A stretch of 64,000 nucleotides of DNA, taken from positions 31,746,001 through 31,810,000 of the forward strand of contig OZ249436.1 in NCBI GenBank assembly GCA_965235115.1. Reading direction: 5' to 3'. Below are positions 26,349-37,100 of this stretch, in pieces. The notes under the pieces are model-generated. The model was not told the DNA's origin, made no database searches, and saw only the letters and a list, made by a program, of their open reading frames with translations. A program made the translations under genes and the position numbers. The stretch comes from Laetmonice hystrix (taxonomy: Eukaryota). Within the stretch, counting starts at the first letter, position 1; the number at the start of each line of letters is the position of its first letter.

Positions 26349-29188
26349 GAGCATCTGCTAAGATCCACAATGATAAACATATATTTGATGGCTCGATTCT
26401 TTATTGCAATTGGATGTTCATTTGTACCTTATATCTGTGAATACCAGCTATATAATGCCTTTTCAATCCGATATATTCCCTATAAATACCGATGCATTAT
26501 TTAAAAGTATTCAGAAGTAGATCGTGTTTCCCTGCACGGATATACAATGCTCACGTCGATAGAATTCCCGGTCTGTCACAAACATGCTGAGAGAACGTGC
26601 ACATGTCGCCAGCCGGTCCACTGGCGTCTGCCTCACCACCACAAATCTAAGAAACCAACGCCAATGCTAATAAAAAAAAAAGCAAGCCTTAAAAAAAACG
26701 GAAGACTTCCATGCCACTAATCCGATGCACTAAATACGAAGTTATAATTAACTACATCTGGGATTTTGAGTTAGTCCCCATACCCATAAAAGTGCTCAAA
26801 TCTCCCTCTTGAAATATGGAATTATCAAATCCTTAACTGCATTAATTCGCTCATTCACAAAATACACAGAGGAAAAGCCTGAAAAGTTTTTCCTCTCTAA
26901 CATGCCTGTTCCCTGATTTATACCCTGAATTCCTGACAACCATACAATAACTGCAGTCTCCCTCCCATCGATCACGGCATCTAATGACGAACACTCAGTT
27001 CCCCGCACGGCACTGAAAGCACTACTCAAGCTTGAGCTGAGCCCCCCATAATTCAGCCATCATACACATCATAGGCCTACTGAAGGTTCCTTGCCATGGG
27101 AACCGACCCCCAGGTCCTGGCTAGAATGCCAGGCCCGTCGGCGGGACCGGTGTTCAGGGCAGCCTTCTCCGACAGGCACACCGCTCTAGGGCCTTTGACA
27201 TACCCCCGGTAGCTGGTACATGTGTGTGGGGAGGGCGTGGCTGGGACAGGCTCCTTCCACCCGCCCTGCCCCGCGCATCAACATGTACAACACCAACAAC
27301 CCGGGCCCACTCCACACAGGGCCCGCTAGCCGGCCGGCCTGCTGCACAACCCCGCCGCCCAAGGAAGTTATCTGCTTCCACCAGATTGACCCTTGACCCT
27401 CCTGGGTATACTGTTTCACAGTTTCGTTCCATAGACTTGCTTTTTCTACCACAACTTCACAAATAACGCTCAGGGACCTAGGGCAGTGCCCCCATGCCGC
27501 TGCATGGCCTTATTATAGACTGACAATAACAGGAGACAAACAAAATTTAGCACTCCCCGGATACCAGACTTGACAGACAACATGGCACTGGCATTCGGTC
27601 TTTGTGTACATTACCCCAGATTATCATGTGCTGCATGTACATTCTACCCATTGTCTCAGGTGATGGTCGGGGAAATATGGCTACCATGTTCCGGGTTCCC
27701 CCCTACTGAGAAAAAAGACAGCTGTCCAGAAAATGATTATATATAATCAAAAATTGATATAATCAGGCTAACGGGATCACAGAAAACAAGCTGGACCTTC
27801 AAAACGACCTTAAATGAGAGGTTTAATAGGGCTGCCACACCTCAAATCAAGATCGCATTGATCAGCGCAAATCCTGTAGGATACGCAATGACGAGGCTGA
27901 ATGCCCTTACTTATCACAGCTATCGGTCTTCTCGAACTATTGAGGTAATATGTTCATCCCCAGGACACCAATAGATTAAATACGCCAAGGCGGATAATAA
28001 TCACGGACACCCTACAAGTCTGATGAAGTTTCCTTATCTGTTCTTTTCCACCCTACAGACGATTATTTCCTGCCTGAGTAATTATCATATAGCTTCCCTG
28101 ATTACAGATAAAACCATGCAGAGGCTTGATCAATGAATGAGCTCTATGGAAATCACTTTTCCCTTCATGCAGGCATAGTACAATATCAAGCACCTACTGA
28201 TACGGTGTGAGTGAACCAGAACGTGTTATTCCGCTCTGCATCATAAGCACTGTTTATTGAATAATTCTTTACGAAGTTGTAGGCCTCTATGTATCCATTC
28301 TCACAAGTACCCTGATGTTAAAATATGGTTCCATTTCGTCCAGTAACAATGGCGTCATTAAAAATCAAAAAGTAGGCTATGGTACATACCGTAATTGTGG
28401 TTTCATACTACATACATGTACCAGCTATAGGCTAAATGGTACTGGGATGTAGTAGACGCAAATATCTGCCCTAGCATTACTGCCATTAGGCCCTATTCAG
28501 AGAGAGATCCAAGGGGGGCCAGGGGATCCAGTACCCCTAATTGAAGTTTAAAAAAAAATTAATACACTTTCCTCAGTGCTTTGACTCCAGCTGGATTCCC
28601 CCTCCCCTTTATCAGTGTCTTCTATGGGTCTATCTTACAGGCCTAGCCCAAATAGGTTTTTCTTTATCAATCTTATTTGATAGCCCTAGCTCAACGTTTA
28701 ATCAACAGAACTATACTAAGGACTCCTACTGGTCGCCACGGCCCGGACCCGGGGGTACGGACCGCCACACCACCGTGGCACCTTGAGAGCTGCTCCCAGC
28801 GAGCTGACTTGGTACAGTAGGCCAACCGTACACGTGTGGTTGCCTGATGAGACAGGGGTAGGGCTGCCAGCAAGAGGTGCTGCACCCAACTGGCAGTTCG
28901 GTTACTGCTACAGTGCTAGCTACCGATGAGCGCTGACATGATTATCGACTCTTTCCCCTTACTGACAGCCGAGACTGTCTGGCCTGCGCTGGTAGTATCC
29001 TGTGGCAGGGGCGCCATAAATGTAGGACCCAAGCCGGCCTAGAAGTAGAACGTAGATCTATCTAGATGCGGCCCCGGCCGCGGCTCGAGCTGCTGCCGCG
29101 GTACGATGCGGCAGCTCGCTTTGGCATTCGGCCATCCCCATTCCCCGTCCCTTCGCGAGCGCAGAAAACCAATAAGGACGGTACTCAC

Positions 29189-29326
29189 GAAGAATAAGAA
29201 TCCATAGAAGATCACCAGGATCTTGCACACTCTAAATCCCGTACATGTTTTCTTTTTCTTCGGCGAACTTTCCGCCGAATCATCCTTACTGTCATGATGA
29301 AGAGGTTGTTCATCCGATGCGCCCAT
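29189..29326 (-). CDS. First coding exon of a probable tetraspanin (N-terminal tail and start of TM1); rest of gene not found in the window
   Basis: caaaATGG start context. The peptide MGASDEQPLHHDSKDDSAESSPKKKKTCTGFRVCKILVIFYGFLFF resembles the tetraspanin C..C.K.LL..(F/Y)N.LFW pattern. It ends at a consensus donor TTC|GTGAGT in phase 0, the usual position of the first tetraspanin intron. Confidence 0.68.
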
Positions 29327-29379
29327 TTTGCACGTTTCGCTGTTAGTGGTGCCGAAGCGAAGTGGGCTTTCTCGGCCAC

Positions 29380-29470
29380 TTGATTGGCGATCGGCTTGCG
29401 CACGTGACAGTCATATGACTGGCAATGTTATTGCGGAGCCAGGTGTGTCGTACCTACGCCACGTGCGTTT
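29380..29470 (-). promoter_or_regulatory. Putative proximal promoter of the tetraspanin-like gene
   Basis: CpG-rich. CCAAT box (29383-29387, minus), GTCACGTG E-box (29401-29408), palindrome CAGTCATATGACTG (29408-29421) and a further CACGTG near 29460. Confidence 0.5.
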
Positions 29471-29840
29471 GTTTACATTACCTGTGTGATATTTCTGTGG
29501 CTATTCTGGTGATCATCCTTCCTGAAAGAAATAGCACAACAAATTATCGTGTTTATTTTTAGGGAACTAAGCCTTTACGGAGAAACCACTGCAAAGCCTC
29601 TTCCCCTTTTGCGAAGTTCTCCACACGGAATTTGGATTATTTATGAATCGTAAAGATATAAGTATAACATATAAAAAGTATTTGTATTGATTGCAAAACG
29701 GACATTTCCTTAAATAGTTCTAAAGTTTATAAATAAAATTACAATACATAGGTTTTTATGTAGGCCTATTAACGTTACGAATACGAGACATCGAACTCCG
29801 GTTGACGATCTGGCCAAGATGTGACCCGGTTCCCCTCCGG

Positions 29841-29855
29841 TGCTGCCATCTGGCG
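29841..29855 (-). promoter_or_regulatory. CTCF-like motif
   Basis: Minus strand reads CGCCAGATGGCAGCA, close to the bilaterian CTCF core consensus. It lies between the predicted PDXDC1 3' end and the tetraspanin promoter. Confidence 0.45.
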
Positions 29856-30079
29856 TTTTCGGATTTAACGACGCTCGTATGAATCTCGCCTCATTTGTAT
29901 TTTCTTTTTAAACATTATATTTGATATATCTATGAGAAGATGATGCGGGTTAAGAGCTTGCATTCACTCAAATTTCACTTTTTTACCCGATGCTGCATAA
30001 ACAACCGATTCTTGGCTTTCTTCTGTATTAGAAAAGAAAAATCAATACATCAAAGATCCCCCCCCCCCCCAATCTCGAA

Positions 30080-30121
30080 AAAAAACCACAACATATGATT
30101 GAAATAATTCCATTTTTTATT
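30080..30121 (-). terminator. Candidate PDXDC1 polyadenylation site
   Basis: Minus strand has AATAAA (30121-30116), a CA about 15-20 nt downstream, then a GU/U-rich element TGTTGTGGTTTTTTTT. This implies a 3' UTR of about 4.1 kb. Confidence 0.5.
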
Positions 30122-32780
30122 TTCACTGCTTATAATTTTAAAAAAGTGTACACATATTTTTATATTTAAGACCGTCTAAGATGCCTGCTGTTAGTGTTAC
30201 CTCCCAGGAACATGGATTAGGATAACCCCAGGGTAGGAGAGGGCAGGTTGTGTCGAAATCAATGAGAAAATACAATAAAACTGGACAATTTTCTCAATTC
30301 CTAGACAATAATGTGTTTGAGATAACTTGTGAAGAAGGTTACTTTAGACAGTAACTAAAGTTACGATATCGCCTAATTTTGCAGTTTTAATGCAAGTTGT
30401 TAGCGCAAGTCGTCACTGCCTTCTTTTCCCTCAGGGCACAAGTCGTTAGTGACGAGGATTATTCAGAACCGTTCTGAACGATCTGTAAAAAGCTTCCTCA
30501 AATATTCTTTATCTGAAACTTGTTCTCCATGATGTGCCAATGTATCTCAACATGGGACTATTTCCCTGCGCGACAAGTTAACCCAGTGACGAACAACCCA
30601 CCCCCGACCTTCCCTATAAGTCGAATTGGCCGAGCCATTCACGACTACACCTCGGCCTCTGACTAATCTTATCGACACTGAACCAGTAAAGGCCGTGGGA
30701 CCTACAAGTATGGGACCTGTGAATTTCTAGACATGTAACCCGAGCGACTCCCAGAAAGCACATGCTCAAACAGACGCTGGGAAGCCTTACATAAGAGACA
30801 CGTGCTTGGAAATCCCTGTTGATACTTAACTTCGATGTCTTATAATTATTCTGGCCCTATAAAAATAGAACACAACCTTTCCAACAATGTCTACAGTAGA
30901 TAATATTCCCAACACAGTAACTAACTGACCTTCCTGTATATATACAGCGGAACCCAAATATCGATAGTCTGCACAACAACGGTATACCGGTATAAGCACC
31001 TTCCCCTCCAATCAAATCTGAATAGAAATTCACTCTTTGGTACTGATGTAAAAAGACATGCATGTACGGGTAAGTCATTGAGCTACTGTTGCCTCACAGT
31101 ACACTAAATGGACCTACGAGATAAACTTTGGGACGTCACGTATGACATATCAAACGCCAGATTTCATTTCAAAGTATTTCACGTCTGCCAGTTCCTGCTA
31201 TTCCGATTTACGAATGATATGAAAGACGTAGAGGCTAAAAGCCATCTGCTTCCGTTGACGATTTGTTCCTGTACCAGCGAGTCCATATTGACTTCTAAAA
31301 TAATTCACCTTCCGACAAAATCGATTTGTGAAGCTTGAACAATGGAAAGGAAGCAAAAACATACACAAACCCAGGTCCATTGTTTCATACTGCATGCACA
31401 CCCAACCAGGATCAGGTCACTTCTACCACAGCGACCCCGATTAATTTAACAAATCCCTACAAATACGGTCAATATGTATATCGTACACTGACTTTCCGGG
31501 TATGCCACTAATAACACACCAGTCCATGAAGCCTTCTACACCTGCACAAGACTTCAAACCCCACATGAAAAGGTTCCACTATCTTTCGTCTATAAACCCT
31601 AATGCCGCATTACACATCAGTGTCAGCTGCACGTGATCGACATTTCAGTTACTTTGTAACTTCCAGCTGCACGTAATATTTAGCCCAGTTGTGTGTTTTT
31701 CTGCAGAAGTCTTCCCCAAGAGCAATCAACACAAATCACACCCAATAATCAGTGTTTATAACTCATAATCCTTATCCATGTACGGAGCTGTATAGCGGCA
31801 TCTGAAGAGATGCAACATAGTACCGGTACATACAATTCAGTACACTTCATCCACATTTCTACGACCATTTTAGCAAAACGATCCACATCAAACTTATCGT
31901 CAAATATATACCTTCCCTCAAAAAGGCACAATATACACAACACACATTCCTTTACATTTAAATTGTAATCACAGACTCAATTATACTCGGTAACGGCCTG
32001 GATTAAATGCTACCTCCCGCATGCACCAGCCAGAACGTTACCAATAATATAAAAAAAACTTCTGTTATCTTATTGCATGGTGAAAAAGCATTATTAATAA
32101 TTATTATTTGTCGGGTCAGGCCATATAAATAAACCTCCAATTCACTAGAACATCACAAATTGAAAAGGTAGGCCCCTCTTTGCGGCAGATCCACCATTCA
32201 TTCATCAATCGTGACCACATATCAAGGTTCTCTCCACCCACTCCACCAGGAGGCGCACACACAAAACTTTACCGTTTGAAGATGTAGGGAAAATATATGT
32301 AAACTGCTACTCCAAAGAACTTTTATCTCGGTTAGCGGGGTTTGTTCGACCTTACAAGGATATCAAGTTGTTCCTTCAAGGATGTTTCCATAGATCAGGT
32401 GCGGTAATCTTCCAGGACTTTTCCAGAACCCTACACACACCTACTACAATATACCGGTTTAGTAGCCACAGTTCCTCAGCTTTCCCAGCCTTCTACAGAC
32501 ATGTAGGCCTTATACCGTGCTTCTCATCTACCCCAACTCATTGATAATATTCTCAATCCTCCATATCCTCACAAATATCAGTCATTCGTTTCGACATCCT
32601 GCAAATGATAACATATTTATCATAACAAAATTTTCGCTTCCCACAGAATAAATAGAGCCCAAGGAAGTGGTACAATGAATCATCCCAAACACGAAACCCA
32701 CACGAAACCCACTGTCAAGGTTATTCATGCAAAATCCACAAATTACACCAGTTATCATACGCTTAAAAAAAACAAATCCA

Positions 32781-32908
32781 GGGCTTGGTTCACAAGCAAA
32801 GTCAAGTCAAATGTAAAATACTTGAAAGCCATTTTAACCAATCAGATTCAAGTAAAATAAATTTCAAGTGAATTAAAATTGACTTGACTTTGCTTGTGAA
32901 GCGGGCCC
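32781..32908. mobile_element. Short foldback MITE (about 128 bp)
   Basis: Arms GGGCTTGGTTCACAAGCAAAGTCAAGTCAA and TTGACTTGACTTTGCTTGTGAAGCGGGCCC share a perfect 22-bp inverted core, with further imperfect pairing inward. Confidence 0.75.
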
Positions 32909-34196
32909 TAGTGGCAGCTGAGGTCTAATATTACCATCTTTACGTTGGTTTAGCCCCAGTACTAGCCTCCATTTCTACTGTTGCATGTCGTTTAGTATGG
33001 AATGGTCTGCACTTGGACTGAAAGACACCGACAGCTGTGTGTAACCCAATAAACAAATTGTAAATCATACACAAAGTAAGATAGAAAACATTAATAACTT
33101 TTACCTTTCCCAATCTCCAGCTAGTTACAAAATATTCTGTTCTGACCTGTCAGAAACTGTAGGCAAAATATAAACCAACCTGTTCCCACTTCCATTACCA
33201 CTATTTAACAGAATTTACACCTGCACGTCCGCCTTATATACCCCAGTATTATGGCCACATCTTCAGAAAAAAAACTGTAAGTAAAATGTAACATGACCCT
33301 GGAATATTTGTGCTTGGAACCAGTTTCAAAGAAATCACATATAACCTGTAAGCACGACAGATCTTGGATCTGTTCCACCGCCTAGATACCCAGAGATAAC
33401 CCAGACTACATGGGTAAACCATAAACTGTTAGCAATGTACCTGTCATGGTATCTTTCCTTCTCCTTTCCCATTCAGGTACTATGACGACCCCAACACTGT
33501 GAAAACCCACACAAAATGCCCCATAAATGTACATTATATATACAATTTAGCCTTTTCATTTGGTACTCCTCTGACTAAGCAAAATCCAGCAGAGGCCTGT
33601 ATGGACATAGAATTCTTCATGTGATGTGAAACTGCACAGCAGTGTGTACAGAATTCTATCGTATCAGGAACAATGCCGACTGTAAATATATAGCCTGTAT
33701 TTTCCCTTATCGACGGTGACAAATTTTAATCTAAAATACAGTCTACCGGCATTGGCCCATGCCGTCGGCAGCAAGGACAGAAATTGTTCCACTGTGGCAC
33801 TCAATCCGGTAGGCGTGGCGAGGTCTACTTGAGGTCCAACTGGCCCTCCTCTGGGATCTCCTCGGCGGCCTGCCCGGCTTTAGCTCCCTCACTGGTGAAT
33901 CAAAGATTATCAACTGTTTCATGTAGGGTATTCATCGTCATTTACTGGGCAAATCTTGTTAATATCACCTTTCATTAATAACACTGTTACAATCTTTCTG
34001 TATCTGGAACCGTCCTAAAAATTTTCATCAAATTTTTGTCAATTACATAGCTTAGATGAACTCTTAAATTCGTGCTTGGACCACTGAAGTTCTTTTTCTG
34101 TGAACGGTTTGTGTGCAAACAGTAGGCTACATTGGGCGAATATCCATATTTAAGCAAACAAAACTACCGGTAAGCAGAAACTAGCTTTTACTACAC

Positions 34197-37100
34197 TCAT
34201 GTATTTGACACATACTGCTGCTCTGTGACCTCCTGCGCAATCTCAGCACCCTCCGTCGTCTCCTCAGTGACCTGATGGAATTAGAAAATCATCATGTCTA
34301 AAAGTCAAAGACCAGACATAACTTTAGTCCTCTGTTTTGGAATCTTTGTAGTTTATTCAGGTTCCGCAGGTTGGTGCCGCTGTAAAGGACGTCACCATAT
34401 TCAATGTAGGGAAGGACCATTGTTTTGTATAACATGAGTCGTACATTAGTAGTAAGGTATGGATGTAGTTTGTTAAAAGGTATAGTTTGTGACTGGCCTT
34501 TTTGAGTAAGTGAGATATGCTTTTCAAAAGTCAGAGCGTGATGCCAAGATATTTGTAGGTATGAACCATGTCTAAGAAGTATTTGCTATTTTAATTACAG
34601 GACTAGGGAGGATCTTTGCTTTTTGTGGGGAAGCAAAGGCCATTATTTTAGTTTTCTTGGTATTTATAGTTAGGCAATTTTTATTGCACCAGTTACTCAG
34701 GATATTAAAGGTTTCTTGAAGAAGTAGGGTCATTTTATCGAAGTCAGATTCGGAAATATACATCTTAGGGCGCGTTTGTTTCACGTGCGGGTTCCATGAA
34801 CTTGACCGCGATCGCTGACCTGGCCGTTTGTTTTTGTCGGTTCACTGAACGGGATCCGGAACTCGCTGATCCTGCATGCGAGGTGGGTCAGTCCAGTCCA
34901 AAATGGCGGACGATCAGCTCAAAAGGCTAAGACAGCTCAAATGATCGCGATTGCTGACCTGGCTGTTTGTTTTCGTTGGTTCACTGATGAGTGAACCTGG
35001 TTGGGTGCAGTAGCGTTTGTTTGCGCGTGTAAATTAGGTCTCTGATCATGATACGGATCCGCGGAACCTGCACGTGAAACAAACACACCCATACTTTCAC
35101 ATAAGTAATTTTGCATCCATACAACTGCATTTTTAGAGAGACCCAAACATGAGAGCTTTTTTAAAAGTATATTGTGATTAACTGTGTCAAACGCCTTTTT
35201 AAAGTCTATAAATACTGCCAGCGTAGCTTGTGAGTTGTTGATGGCAGTATAGATATCATCTGTTACTTTTGAGACGGTTGAGATTGTAAATAGGCCTTTC
35301 CTGAAGCCACCTTGATCAGGGTTTAATAAGTTATTTGAATTAAGGTAATCCATTAGTTGTTCATGTATTATTTTTTCGAGTAGTTTACCTGGCAATGGTA
35401 AAAGTGAAATAGGTCTCAGGTTGTTTACATCATGACGGTTACCTTCTTTTTGCAATGGAATGAGAGTAGCTGATTTCCATGCCTTGGGTATCGTTTTAGT
35501 AGTAATAGATAGGTTGAAGAGAAAAGTTAACATAGGAATAAGGACTGAGAAGCCATCTTTTAGGACCCACGTGGGAAGGTGGTTTATGGCTGATGATTTA
35601 TTTGTATTTATACTTTTAACTACTTTGGTTGTCGTTTCATTTGCGATTTCATTGATTTATCAGAGGTCCATGGTAAGTCCATTTTGAGTGAAAAGCTTTG
35701 GCAAGTTTGGGACCTATAGAGACAAAGAAACTATTAATATAATCAGGTGTCACTAATGGATCGATGGAGGCACCGGAGTCATCCTTGAGTACAATTTGGT
35801 TACAAATTCTCTTATCATCCGGAATAATGGACTTCCAGTATTTGTTTTGATCATTTTTATGAGCTTCTAGCGTAGCTTTAATATAGTCTGCTTTAGCATA
35901 ACGAACTAAGTTTATTAATTTGTTTTTAAGATGCCAAGCAATGCACCAATCACCAGGGTCATTAGTAAGTTTAGCTTTTTTCAGGAAGTAGTCCATGTCT
36001 CTTTATTTCGTCAAGTACTTCATTGGGAAGCCATTTTTCCTTTAATTTATTTATTCTAAACTTGGTAACTGGACAGGAAAAGTCGAGTAATGAAGTTATT
36101 TTAGATTCCATTATATCCCACGCCACATCCAGTAGTACACATTTAAAGTAGTCATTCCAGTCGAGATTAAAAAGGGCTTGTTGAAATTTTACTTTGTCAT
36201 AGTGATGAACGATCTACATGTATTACCAGTAATTTACGAGGCGATTCTACCCCAGTGGGGTACATTAGTGATTACTATACTATTACACAGCAGAACAACA
36301 TAGTATTGTAATATAATAATTTAGCAAGGTGCATGCCAAAAAATTATTTTTGATTTTCAGTTGTTCTCAAATGCCAATAACAAAATACAGAAACATTTCC
36401 TCGAGTGAATGTACTCACCATTGTTTGGTTTGTGACTGCTTATTCTAAAGATGAAGAATGAACCTGGACAGGTTCTGTAACTTATTAGAACCAAGCAAGC
36501 ATTATGCCCTAGCAGTGCAGCAGTGTGACCTAGAAAGCCGTGTGCAGCTTATAATTGTCCCCATGCTCTGTGCTAACCTGAAGGTTTGACTGGCCCTGAG
36601 GGCCTGGGTCGGTGGTGGTGGTGGTGGTGGTGGTGGACACAGGGTCTCCCACTGTTGGACTGTCCTCCAGGTCCCCTGACCTCTCACAAGGACCCCTCTC
36701 CATCTCTGAATCTGACATCACTGGACTCTCGCCACCTCCCTGCATCTGAGGGGGCAGATAGACCGATGTAACATGCACCTCAGGGGCCCCACGGGTACAA
36801 AGACAGGTGCAAAGCAAGAAAAAGTGACAGACTACACTAAGCTGATGATGGTTCTAGTTAACAATTACCGGTACCGGTACCTAATATGACATGCATAAAG
36901 CAAAAAGGTATACTGGTTGATAGGAAACAAGCACTAATGCAAGAAAATACTATGTGAACCTTAACCAAAAGTAACACATAACTCTTTTGTAATCATGCTA
37001 CGTGGCAGATAGAAATCTTGAAAGCATCACAGAAAAAAGAAATCAACAAACGCTGACCAGCAATTACAGGTTGGACTTTGGTAGAATGTTGCCCATGCAG

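Noticed and set aside
25223..26440. 405-aa and 343-aa ORFs
   Set aside because: Artefacts of a stop-free 52-bp minisatellite cycling through frames; no protein-like features.
29039..29188. C-terminal half of ORF 29039..29326
   Set aside because: Lies beyond a consensus GTGAGT donor and is interpreted as intron read-through.
34937..35533. Intact or domesticated reverse transcriptase
   Set aside because: The YADD core is deleted, flanking regions are frameshifted, and the ORF tail runs into the MITE.
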